Below, in pieces: positions 48,301 through 61,000 of a stretch of DNA of 64,000 bases (its first letter is position 1; each line of letters opens with the position of its first letter). The stretch is taken from contig MU271231.1 in the NCBI GenBank assembly GCA_021432655.1, forward strand, positions 62,001-126,000, in the 5' to 3' direction. The notes beneath the pieces were generated by a model that saw nothing but the letters and a program-made list of their open reading frames with translations, was not told where the DNA came from and searched no databases. Source of the DNA: Atractiella rhizophila (Eukaryota). Both the position numbers and the translations under genes were made by a program.

Positions 48301-50399
48301 GCAAACTGGTTCATGGTTCTCCAAGTCTCCGCTCCACCATACACTCGTATGTTTTCATGGTGTACTCAATCCCAGAGAATTCTGACTGGGTGGTTGACCA
48401 AGATTAGAGAAGGTCACCTGGTTTGAACGATTTATTCAGCAGGCTGTCATTTGGACCATAATCACCGTGATCTATCATACGCGTCGATGTCCTTCGGAAG
48501 AGAGAATCAAAAAGATTCAGCCTCTGGACCTTGATTCTTTCGCCACGTTGTCTTTCTCCCTCGCCCATTACTGGACAATCTTCCGTTAGTTACCCCCTGA
48601 TAAAATATTTTGGCCAATATCGAGGACTAGTGGAATGTACCTCAGTCACTTTATCTGGAACAACACAAGCGAGACTTGAAGAGGAACAATACGTCCCTTC
48701 TACTAACCTTGATGCATTTCCTATCTTTCGTAGGAGTGGAATAATGATGCGAATGGCAGGGCGTCTATCCCAGATGGTGAGATTGTCCCCGATATCGTGG
48801 ACGGTGAGGTTTCCCTCACATCGAGGCAAGGGAACGTCATCGGATACATGTCAAACTTGTGAGACAGGTATCAAGGACAGAGTACAGAGGGCCTGTATTT
48901 TTGGCCGCGCCTACGGTTTTGCGGCCATATTGTGTCAGGATGGCCAATTCTAGTCTGAACTGATGGATGTGTTTATCGGAAGGGCAGGAAATGTTTCAGC
49001 TTCCCCTGCTTCCCCACTCCCGCAGGTAAGCCGAGTTTTGGATCTGTCCAGTCCGCCCGTACCACGGTGTTTCATAAGCCATCGATCACAATAAACCTGA
49101 TGTGCCTGCTGTTCCGTTAGAATGACGTCGATGTCCTTCTGTGCATACCTCTACTTCACTCTGTAGTCCTTCCCAGATGCATCCATTGGCCTGGTTCCTG
49201 CAGCTAAACACAACTTGAATTTGTTTGTTGGGAAGCAAGAGTTGTCCGAGTCTTCACAGAACACAAATCGTGGCTTGATGCCACAATGTAGGTTCCAAAC
49301 GTCAAGATGATACATCTCATGTGAGTAGCGTTCCTGCCTTGCAATGCGAAGGATCATCGATCATCTTTGAAGCGTGGACAGGCTTGCCACAAATCATTAG
49401 CGAGTGCGAGACCCCTCGCAACGTTTATATCTCTATCACCTTTGACATTTGGGGAGGATATCTTTCCACCTGGTGAGAAACTTTGCGTTCTGTGCGGTCA
49501 TTCAGCGATTTTGGCATCCCCTTTGTCGGCCGCTTATTTCACCAACTTTTGATTCGCAATGGAAGATGAACCTTGAAGTACCTCAATAGATCGCCATCAA
49601 GTGGCAACCCTCCAGAGATCATTCACGTTTCGGTGATAAAGTGAATGTCGAAATCCGCACTGAACGCGCAAATATCTGGTTATTCTCCTTTTGGACTGGC
49701 TGGCCACCGGCCACCAGTTTGCCAGAGCCGACAAATGTATTAGCGCCGCAAAGTGTGAGATAACAATGAGTATATGTTGCGTTTAGTATGTAAGGAAATC
49801 ACATTACCTGCGAAGTGCGACATAACAATGAGTATAAGTCTCGCACTTGCAGGTTTACAAGCTTTTATAACAGAGAGATCCCTGTGGCAAAAGATTGGCC
49901 ACAGTCCCAGAAAGTGCTCGAAGGAAACTAAACGCGCAAGTGCGCAAGTGGCGAAAGGAGGAGGCGCACGATTCTGTCAAGAGCGACCCGGTTTAACCTC
50001 CTTTTTCAACTCGAACCAGGCCCACGGTCGTTTCCTCCCTCGTTCAAGGGGTGGAGTGCCAGAGCTGAACAAAATAGTCGCGTGATAGCGTGGCTAAGTT
50101 GAAAATGAGGGTAAATCAGGTTTAAAATACTAACCGGCTAAGGCAGGTCCACGAATTGTCTGTCATCACAAACAAGGTGTGCTCTAGCACCTCCTTTCAG
50201 TGATTGTGGGAGACAAAAGTGATTGAAGGCAGAAATCTGTCAAGGAGGGTTGATCGGGTACACATGAGCGCAGACAAGATTCAAAATTATGCCGAGTGAA
50301 GAGGAAGTCTCAACTCCAATACTCAATAATCGTTGATTGTTGGTTCGGAGCCTTACTTATTTCATCAGTGCCATTAGTGGGCTGGAGCGGAACTAACCT

Positions 50400-50771
50400 C
50401 AGGCTTGGGTCTCAGTAGCAAACTTGCGGCCAGTCTGAACACGGAGTGCCATCTCCACAAAGTTAGGTTCAGTGGAAGTCTGGTGTGCCACCTCTGTTTC
50501 GAATTCTGGAGCCTAGAAGAAGGAAAGCATACGTTGTGCTGAATCCTATAGTTGGGGGTACCGATTGATCCATTGTCGTGAGATGACGGGGGAGTTGTGA
50601 GGTACTCAGTGGTCAATGGGACTTCCAAGTTATGCAGGAGCCGCTTCCAGAATAGGAAGGTATCGCCGCATTTGACCATTGTGTCTCACAAGTCCATTGG
50701 GATTTGAAGGGCTGAGTTATTGGCAGGAGTGACAGGATGATAATGAGAAAGCTTGCCAACGTCGAACGCAT
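50400..50771 (-). CDS. Possible small secreted protein (frameshifted or partial)
   Basis: MRSTLASFLIIILSLLPITQPF resembles a signal peptide, followed by a Cys/Trp-containing segment. A 1-bp shift links it to ORF 50374-50679. Confidence 0.3.
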
Positions 50772-51399
50772 CTCGGCATCCTCCCCATCTGCCGCCACTT
50801 GAATTGAGGTCCTTCGAATATGCTGTCATGCATGCTTTTCACTCCCATGTTGCTCCGATTCCTTTCAACCTTCCAAAAACGGCGAATTTTTGTCCGTTTC
50901 TACCTTCCAATTCAAGGAGGTCTCCCAGATCACGCTCTTTCATTCATTATCTAACCAGGCTATTTTGCAGCTAGTCCACTCCACTGTTCGATCCAAAACC
51001 TGCTCCTTAACCCTCCAGCTTCAGAGCTCTTTGACTGAAGATTGCCATTCGTGGATGTGAATAAAGATTAAGGCCACGAAGTGCACATCGAATAAGCGAA
51101 CGATTGATGCGAAGGCCGCTTCTTCTCACTGTCATTGTAGATCGGTTCGACCGTTCAGTCAAATGGGCAAAGCTATTTGCAGCTGCCGTGCAAGCTGAGG
51201 AACGTGTCGTATTCTGCTATTCACGGTACAGAGGACTTCATTTGCATTTTGGCGTGTGCAAATATGTAACGTGGATTAGAACCTTTGACTTTGTTCCTCG
51301 CCTTCTAACTTGCCACCTTCCCGTCTGTCAATTCCGGGACTCGGCTTCACAATGATCACGCAAAGTCGTGTTTTTATTCACGCTGTCAAAATCGGATTG

Positions 51400-52130
51400 T
51401 TCTATTGTACCAGTCGTCATCCCTTTCGAGATTAGTGGAAAACTCGCACCGGAGGACAAGGAAGGAAGTGGGGATCACGCGAGATATCGAGAAGCAATAG
51501 GATGTTTGATGTACATCATGATTGCAACCCGTCCCAATATTGCTTTCGCTGTCACTCAAGTTGCACAGTTTAGTGAAAATCCTCTTCCGGACCATTGGCA
51601 AGCCGCAAAAAGACTATTTCGTTACCTTCGGGAACTAGCAATGCAAAACTCACATACCAGACGGGGGTGAAAGACCTTGTTGCTATTCCGATTCCGATTT
51701 CGCTGCCAGCCACGATCGAAGGTCCTTTTCAGGAAAGCTCTTCACGCGCGCTGGATGAGCGGTAATTTGGAACAGTAAGAAACAATCTCTAGATACGTTG
51801 TCATCATCAACGGAGGCCGAATAAGTTGCATTGTCGTCAGCCGCAAGACAACCTCATGGATCAGGAATCTCTTCAAGGATCTCCAAATCCCTCTCGCTTT
51901 TCCCATCACTATCTACGGCGACAACCTTTGTTCCATCAACTTGCCAACAACCTCATCTTCAGACAACGAACCAAACATATTGATGTCCCATTCCACTATA
52001 CATGCTAATGTGTCTCTAATCGAAAATCGAGCTTCAATACATGGATACGAAGGAACTTCCAGCAGATATCCTTACAAAGGAAGTAAGCAAGATGAAGTTG
52101 GAAGGAGCAATGAGTAAATTTGGGATGATG
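51400..52130 (+). mobile_element. Degenerate Ty1/copia RT C-terminus and RNase H fragment
   Basis: YREAIGCLMYIMIATRPNIAFAV...HWQAAKRLFRYL; YSDSDFA; W.SKKQ; SSTEAE*VAL; IYGDN; RTKHIDVPFHY; PADILTK. Stops and frameshifts present. Confidence 0.9.
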
Positions 52131-53033
52131 AATGAGTGAAAGATGCAAGAAATATGAATGTGAGGTGGAGTTTGATGGACTTTTGCGCAGTCTCATTTCA
52201 CTTTCTTCTTCTATTGCTTGATAATTGGCTCAAGGAATGGTGATGGGCTACGGTGATATTTTCTCACAAATATGCAAGACCCCTGCAGTGCACCTCCCAT
52301 CGCTTTTTTGGCTTGCATTTGCAGTGCTTACAGCTCCTTATCTCATCAAAGCTGACTAGCGCAGTAGCTCCTTAATTGCAGAAAGCAACCAACAATTTAT
52401 CATTGTGTATCGAGGAGCAGTTCACAACGAAATCTCAACGAAACTAAAGATAACCACATTGACCGGAAAGTGATCACAGCTTACTAAAACCATGAGTCAT
52501 TGAGGAAACGGGGTTGCCTGTGGGAATGACGAAAATTAGGCATTTCAAAGTTGGAAAAAAGTTGGAAACGTGCCATCTTGGTTATGATCTTCCATTTCAC
52601 GGAGAATTTCTGCCGTCCTCTTAACAATGTCACCATCAGGTAACGCTTCGGTGCTCTTCGGGTCAAGGAAAAAGGCTTTCAGATTGTCCCACGTCAATAG
52701 TCAGATTCTTCCACCCAGCATCCTCGGATAGACATAGACGCCTTCAGGAGCAATGGAGATGCTGGAGTTCCCTATTAAAGTATGTCAGCAGATGAACCAT
52801 CATTCCAGGAGGCCAGACCTGCTTCCATTCTGTTCTGGTGGAGAGCTGGATAATCGTGCTTTCGAGATATTTAGTGATATCCTTTCTCAGGTTTTCAATT
52901 TGGTTTGGTTAATGTGCTTGTGAACATTCGACGATATCCGTTTTATTGACCGCTCGAGATGAAAAATGCATCTGGGAGGCGGTCTGTTTCGCTCGTTCAG
53001 CTCGTCCAGACGAGACAGGCTGTACAGCCGAGT

Positions 53034-53097
53034 CTCCTTCTCGCGCGAGTGAACTCTCCTCCTTCTCGCGCGAGTGAACTCTCCTCCCTCTCGCGCG
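53034..53097. repeat. 25-bp tandem repeat (about 2.5 copies)
   Basis: TCGCGCGAGTGAACTCTCCTCC(T/C)TC repeated head to tail. Confidence 0.8.
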
Positions 53098-54421
53098 CAA
53101 CCCCTCACCCCCATTGCTAGAATCAACCTTGTTACTCGCGAATCAACTGTTCCTTGCGCGAATCAGCCTCTAATCCTCAAAATCTGTCCTCGCCTCTCTT
53201 CGGTAAAGACACTAATGTATCCCCAGCACCTACGACCCAACCTCATCCAATAAACTCGTTATGCCCATCAGCCCAAACAGTAACCATCCACCATCATCCC
53301 TAAGTACCTATACTTTCCTTCCTTTCGTCTTCATCGTACCGAAGTAATCCTCGAAGCCAAAATACATCAATCCTTCAACCCTACCCAAGGAAGCGCCTTT
53401 CCGCCGTCCCAATATCCAATCAACCCCTTCCCTTACCTTAACCCATCAATCATGCCAACAAACCGATCTGACCACTCTCCTCCTGAATCCCTTTCTCCCA
53501 CGAGACCTAACACACCCATCCAATCCTCACCGTCCATCAAACCAATCCCCGACAACATCCAACTCCCTGACGGTAGATGCCAATACCAGTCACCCCCTAG
53601 TACCAATACCGATTTCAACCCTCGTTCCCCTTCTCCAACCTCTCGTTCTAGCACCAAACCAACGCATGGTCCCATGCCCCTCAAAAGAGAGAAGGCAATC
53701 ATCATTCGTGACCACGATCTCCTCCGGTCAAAGAAGGTACCTCTTACCGAGAATCTCCCCACGACGTCAAACCTGACGACTTTGCCTTTGCAAGAAACCA
53801 CGACGAATGCACCTTCAAGTCCTTGAGCGGAAATAGACCTCATTTTGTAATCATCTGCTTCTAGTTGTGCAACAACAATCAGTCACACCATAGCTAGCCC
53901 TTTGAGGAGCACAGTATGGCAACATATTTGATGAAAGAGTTCAATCTAGGCCGACGAGCGCGCACGATACCCTAACACCGTGTACTCATATACCATTGTA
54001 CCACGAGGCCACTGGAGAGCTCCTTGCAAAGACCTAACACCGTGCACCTTGCCTTATTCGCGTATAGTAGAACGAGAGTATTACAGAAAAAGAAATGCGA
54101 GGCAGAGAAGAAATGCATAGCAAATAATGGTGAATAAGGCGCGGTCAAAGACGATCGCTCCAGTTGGTAGAGCGCAATACAGTGTCGAAATGGTGGAGAT
54201 GACTTCGTGGATGGAAGCGAGGAGGGTTTGAATATGGATGAAAACAGAAGGACCTGATCGATGTCGATTGTTCCTTTCGGATACATAAATCGAGTGGATT
54301 CTGCATTATCCTTATATATAAAGCACGATGGGTTTTGACCATGACTCACACATGTACTTTTGAGCCCTTATATCACCGCCCACAACAGTCCTTTCAAAAT
54401 TCTGAGCATCCTTATATATAA

Positions 54422-54721
54422 CAAGTGTGTCAACGGCCTTCGTCCCTCAGGCCTCCCAACCCACTCGCAAGGGGCATGGCCCCTTGAACCCCACAGTGAT
54501 CCAATCCTGTAAGCGTTCGAGTCCAGTACAAAACGCATTTTTCAACCCTTTCAGAATAAAATTTCCTTGCAGGTTCAGAAAGGGGCAAGCATATGGGATA
54601 TGATGGTATAATACATTTCATTATATTGTGTATGGTGAGGGAGGTGTAAGGGCTCAAAAGTGCGTCTTATGACTCATGCCAAGAACTGATGAATCTTAAA
54701 GTATAGGATTAGAGTATAGGA
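54422..54721 (-). mobile_element. 300-bp non-autonomous mini-Helitron nested in the 5' end of Helitron 2
   Basis: Minus strand starts TCCTATACT and ends GGCCTGAGGGACGAAGGCC-GTTGACACACTTG. Removing it restores TCCTTATATATAA|AGCACG. It shares ACTTTTGAGCCCTTA with the host element. Confidence 0.8.
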
Positions 54722-55507
54722 AGCACGACGGGTTTTGACCATGACTCACACATGTACTTTTGAGCCCTTATATCACCGCCCACAACAGTCCTTTCAAAAT
54801 TCTGAGCATACAGCAAGAATACGCGTGTCGGCGCCCTTCGAACCGTATACAGCAAAGCCCATTTGAAAGACGAAAAAAAAATTGTTTTCCCCAACTGACT
54901 CATGTGACTTCTTGGTCCACAACAACCCCCTAAAAATTCTGAGCATACCACCAGAATACGCGTGTCAGCGCCTTTCCAACCGTATACAATAAAGCTTATT
55001 TAAAGGACAAAAAATAGTTGTCTTCCATGACTGAGTCAAGTGCACCGACTTCGGCACTTTGACAAAAATTTCCTTACCTACTCAAATAAGGAAGCAAGGT
55101 ACAGAGTTTGCGCGATGGTGTAGTTGGTGTATTGTTGGGTAGTTGAGTCTTGGCTGATTGGTGTTGGTGTAGGTTCGATTCTCAGTCATGTCACATTTTG
55201 TCACTGCCAAATCCTATTGTGTGCAAACTGCGTGCCCACAATTTCTAATTTCTTCAGAGCTTTCTAAGAATTCTCTCATGTCATGCGCCAAAAACTGTTG
55301 TTTGCCAACTATGAGGGAAAGTGAGCAAGCATTCATGCAAGTGAAACAGTTTCTTTCACCACAAATATGCTTCCTAACATTCTACCATAGTATCCCTCAG
55401 CCTGTTAGCATCAAATCAGATCAAGCAAAAAAAGCATAGGTGTGTGGACTCTGGCTTATTTATTCTTCACTTATATCATTTTGTTATGTGCAGCAAGCTA
55501 CACTCTC

Positions 55508-58083
55508 ATGCCACGTGCAATTCAGAGAAATCAAACAAGAAATCGTGAGCGTCGATCCAAACGGCATCAATGTCTGCAGCAGGAGGCACTACTATACCAG
55601 GGTCGACCTGTAAGAGAGAGGCAACGCCCTGCACATTTTAATCCTACTCCACCTACTCCATCTCAACATGAGACAAGATCAACTAGGGCTCCACATCAGT
55701 GTCAGCGGCACCGTCAAAGCTCTTCGCTATCTATATCATCACGACCAGCTCGACGACATTGGAGACAGCATTCACCCTCCGCTGAGGAGTACAGTGAAGA
55801 AGAAACCCGATCATACCCATCCTCTCCTGATCCTGATGGTGTGGACAGTGATGAGGATAGGGCATTAATCCTGTTGTTGCGAGGCGAAATAAGGCAACAT
55901 CACTATCCTGCATTCAACTACTCACCTGATATGGATCTTGAGCACACCACCTCTCTACTTGGGGATTACTTTGTACACATTGCAAAGCCTTTCATTGGAT
56001 GGAAGAGAAGATCGTTAACAGCCCACAACAAAATCCAAAGTTTGCATTGTGCTTCTCCACAGCAAGGTGCTGCTACCTGTTCCTCCGCCTCCACCTGAAG
56101 AGCTACAAAAGCTTTTTACACATGACAATACAACAGGTAAGTATTTCTATTCAATTTTTTTGCATATACATATCTGAGAGGAACAATCATTATAGAGTCA
56201 ATGGCATTTCGAGAGCATATCAGGATATTCAATAATGCTTTTGCATTTACATCCTTAGGCGTCCGCCACGTATCAATTCCTGGACATGGTCCCTACTCCT
56301 TCAAAATTCAGGGAGAGCTGTGCCACCTTATTGGCACTCTTTTACCACAACAAGAAGGGTGTGAAACATTTGCACAGGTCTACATTACAGATTCAGCTGT
56401 ACAGACTGAACGAAGAGTTGGCAACACTTCAATATCACTGAATCGTAGGACGCTTGAAGACCTTCAGGCTATGCTCTTCCATGTCAACCCATATCCCAGG
56501 ATCTACAAATTTGTAAAAGAAAGAATGGAACAGGATCCCACTACAACACTACATCTTCGCACAGTCACCCCACAAGATAGGGATCCAAGATGCTACAACA
56601 TTCCTATAGCCAGTGAAGTTGCTGTAGTGAGGTAGGAGACAGTAACAGAGAAGAATATGGAGTGGCCAGAGATATTGTCATCCAGCTCAGGGCAACCAGG
56701 ACTGGTAGCAACTTACAGCATGTGAATGAGCTCAACTCAAATTATCTTCCACTTCGTTTTCCTCTTCTGTTTCCATATGGGGACCAAGGATGGCATCCGC
56801 AGATTCTGTATCGAGACCTGCCTGCAGATCTTCCTCCTCGCGAGCGAGAGCACTTCAATGATGACGGCATGCAAGTTGGTAATTCTGGGGTTCGACAATG
56901 TGTCAAGCCAAATGGAGTTCTATTCTTACATGTCGCATCAACGAAATGATATATTCTCACTCCCTCTCTAGGGTGGTCGGCTACTGCAAGAATTGGTAGT
57001 TGATGCTTATGCTCAAATTGAGGCAAATCGACTCCGCTATCTGCTGTTCAATCAAGTCTATTCTTCGAGCTGAGGTGTATCAAGGTGTTACGGATGCCCT
57101 TGCAGAAGGATTCTTTAGAAGATATCGGGAGGCGGACTATATTACCATCAAGTTTCACTGGCAGTCCATGTTCAATGAATCAGCTGTTCCAGGATGCAAT
57201 GACTATAGTTGGTGCCAAAGGACCCCCAAATATCTTTACAACCTTCACTTGCAACCCACACTGGGCGGAGATCACGAAAGCCGTCCTACCAGGACAAAAA
57301 CCAGAGGATCGACCAGATTTGGTTTCAAGGGTTTTTCGACTGAAGGCTCTGGAGTACATCAAGGATTTAGTGGTACGACAGATCTTTGGAACGGTTATCA
57401 GATATGTCTGGGTCATTGAATGTCAGAAAGATAGGTCTACCACATGCCCACATCATGTGGATGGCAATCAACGATCACTTGATTCAGTGGTTCGAATCCA
57501 TAGGAGATCGGGTATATTATAGTACAGATCAAATTATAGATGACAAGGGAGATCTCAGAAATCGCTTCTCTGTCGAGTACCTGAATACCCTGGAGATCTC
57601 TGTATACCCCTTCGCATTGTTTACACCTCAAGACCCGGTGCACCCATCATCCTTCTGCGAAATCTCAATCCATCTGCTGGCCTGTGCAACGGCACGCGGC
57701 TCATTGTCACTCAGCTTCTCCGACGAGTCATCGAAGCAACCATCATTACAGGAGGTACACACAGTGGCGAATCAGTTCTCATTCCTCGAATTGGCATTGA
57801 CAGTGCAGTATCAAACCAGCTTCCTTTTCAATTCCGGTGCTTTCAATTCCCTGTGCGCTTAGCGTTTGCCTTAACTCTGAATAAAGTGCAAGGACAATCT
57901 GTTGGACATGTGGGTTTGTACTTAGAGTCTTCTCCTTTCTCTCATGGGCAGCTTTATGTTGGTCTTTCACGGGTTTCAAACGCAAACAATTTACGAGTAT
58001 TGGTCAAAACAAAGCAAGGAGAAGAAAACAAGCAAACAGATAATGTAGTTTACAAGGTAGTGTTACAAGTACTCAATCACTGA
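55508..58083 (+). pseudogene. Helitron Rep-helicase pseudogene
   Basis: CTHCKAFHWMEE, FREHIRIFNNAFAFTSLG, GPYSFKIQGELCHLIG, FAQVYITD, IFTTFTCNPHWAEI, RPDLVSRVF, then GLPHAHI fused directly to the helicase C-terminus (PFSHGQLYVGLSRV). Stops and frameshifts present. Confidence 0.9.
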
Positions 58084-61000
58084 TCATCTCTCAGCATGTT
58101 CCTAACAGTATAGTCAAAAGCTGAAGTGGTTCTCCGAGGTACGAGGAGACCACTCAGCTTTCATTGTTTTTTGAAGACAGTAGAGTACATATGGTGAGTC
58201 TGTGCTCGCCAAAGGCGAGGCCCCACGCAGTGGCTGCCAGAGGCGAGAGCTCCACGCAGTGGCCGCCGGAGGCTGGGGTCCAAGAGGCGAAGCCCCTGGC
58301 GGGGGGGGATGCCCGAGGGACGAGGGCACTGACACACTTGTTTGCAAATAAAGGGGAAAGGCTCGAGTGTTCGGTCGAGCGGAGTCGGGTGCGATGAAGA
58401 CGCAAATGGTGGCGGCGATCCAACCGACAGAGCGCAGAGGAGCCAATATCCATTTCGCTTGCATGGAAACGACAGCGCGTCCTATGGCATGAGTCAGAAC
58501 GATGGTGGTGAGCATCAGGCGCGCAAATTGCAAGATCACAAGCGCAGGATTTCGGCACAAGGGGGTGAAGCCCCTCGCCACCACGATCCAGTCAAGTGCC
58601 GCGTCGAGGGTATCTGCTTCGAAATCTTGGATAGCTCCTGTGAGATCAGGCAATTATAAGTAGTCAATATTTGATGGGTGAAAATTTGAGACCGTATCAA
58701 GTGAAATAACACACATAATCTTGATCATGTCCTATCGTTGCAGCATTGTATCCAGGAATGTCAGAGTTCCTATCACACAAATAATAGCCAATGAACAGGA
58801 CAAGTCATCAAGGGACATAGACATACACTTCTCGTTCACACTTCTTTTGCTCTGCCTTGCTGATGGCAGTTCCTTCTTCATTATTCCGCTTCACCATGTC
58901 TACAATCTTGATTTGTCGAGCCAGCCTTTTGGACACCATGTTGATAGACCGGTTTGCGGGAATGACAAAAGCTCTAGAGGTCTGCCTCCTTTTATCGAGG
59001 TTTTGGTTGGGAATCGACAGGTTGAGAAGGAGAGTGTTGGATTTTGCAGTCTAGTTTCGTGCCACTCAGTGGCAAAGTTCTTTAGTGTTCTGGAATGTTC
59101 TACTACTTTCTAGTTGCCACTGTTGTAAGCTATATAAACACATAGAATTCCATTTCCTGGTGCTCATGCGTTTGCAAGAGCTGAGCCAAACGTAACCAAG
59201 TTGTACTTAGCTCCGCTCCTCAGCCCGTCGATTTCCAACAGAGAGGCTGGGGTAACATTGTTGGAGAAGAATGTTCTGGAGGTCCAAGGACTGGGAATGG
59301 GTGGCAGAACGTTGTGGAGCTTCCAAGTAATGTTGTCAGGTCAGAACCTAATGGACTGTTGATGAAGGACTTACGAAGATGGGGTACACAAACTTTGGCG
59401 TGACGCACGTTCAAGCGACGATCTATAAGAACTATAATATCTTCACGTTGATCAGAAAGATGTTGATGAGTGTCATAAGTCCAGGAGTCCTTAGCTTTAA
59501 CCTTGAAGCAGAAAAGAGGGTGTTCATCGTTAGGAGCAGCAAGCGAAGTCCCCTGGCACGTCATAGTCTCAAATCTGGAAATAACCGGATCTTGAAGAGG
59601 AATGGCGTCATCCAAAACTGCAGATAAATCTCCTAAGTGGAGCCGTTGTAGGAATTTAGATCGTTCAAGTTGAAATCTTCTTAGTTTGAGGTTTTGCTCA
59701 AATCGTGAGGCTGGTCCAGAAGCAGCTGTAGCAAGCTGTTAGTAACACTTTAAAATTTAGTAGGTATCACAACATCAAATCTTGTCAAAGCCGGTCGCTC
59801 GGCCTGCAGGGAACAGGAAGAAAGCGACAGCGTTCGACACCTCCTAGCCTCCTCTGTACGTGCTCAGCGGCTCCTTTGTGGGCTTAAGGGTAGCGGTTCG
59901 TGATGGGGTGACCGGAACACTTACGCCTCCTACTTTCTGGGAGCATTCACTTCTCTTAGTATCCTTACCTTATTGTGGTGTGTGTTCAAGTTTTCTCTTC
60001 ACTTCCAATCACGCCTTCTCATTATTCAGCATCTTTCTCTGATAAAAGCGAGTTGCCCTGCGAGTGCGAGACCACATCCTTATTGGTTGGTCTCGCACCT
60101 CGCAGCCTTGCACCCTGTCACCCTCTTAAACTCATTAAAAGGTAGCCAATGGAACCTGTCCACAGGTGGATACCTTCCCAGCAGCCAATATACCGATATC
60201 ACCTATAGGTTCATATTGGTCAAATGGCAAGCTGATGCCTTAGGCCTGTGGGGAATTGGACTTGTCCTCGGGCTTCGACATTCCTCATTGTTGTGACCAC
60301 AGTTTTGTCATTGTTTCAAGTGATTTTTCCTGAGTTCCCGAATGCATTTTCCGTCCTCCAGGTATCAAACAAGGCTGAGCTGTCTCTTTTGAGTAGACTA
60401 AGAAGCTAGTCATTTGTTCATTTGTGAACTCCCTGCTCTCCTACTCCTCGGCATCACGGACTGGCCCGTTCTTTCCCCCTTCTTCAACTAGCTCCTTAGC
60501 GAACCAATTTGACTGGGAGAAGCATGATCAAGCTCATTTGGGTCAAACGATTTCTTTGTGACATTACGCTTTGTGGAGTAACAGGTTTCACTTTTGATTC
60601 CCTTGCGACTGTTTTCTTGAATTGCTTTAGAATGCCCAATCGCTTGATCATGATCTTATTCGTCTTTAATTCTCCGCCATCACTCTATGCTTCCTATGAC
60701 ACTTATCAGGCTAGTGACTGGTTCTGTGCTCGCCTACATGTGTCAAACAGAAATGGTTATGAAACTGAAAGATTTGGATAATGAAAATTTGGAGGTCATT
60801 GGAATCACAGATATCACATAGTGTCCCACAACAAGCATCACATTTTGATGGGGTCAATGTCGCTGACCAGTTGAGCCCTGAGTCTGCAATAAATGAAGTG
60901 TTTTCTGATGACGGCAGGACGCTTGTCTAAAGCATTCACCCATCAACATCTGCATAGATCAAAGCCAGAGACAGAGGATGTAACTCACATTGATTTTGAA

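Larger units (their letters stand above)
54309..58340 (+). mobile_element. Helitron copy 2 with both termini (non-autonomous deletion derivative)
   Basis: 5' A|TCCTTATATATAAAG at 54309. 3' hairpin TGCCCGAGGGACGAGGGCA then GACACACTTG|T at 58340. A|T target site, no TSD. Confidence 0.9.

Noticed and set aside
53034..53097. Short regular repeats as a possible CRISPR array
   Set aside because: Head-to-tail 25-bp units without unique spacers, eukaryotic context, no cas genes.
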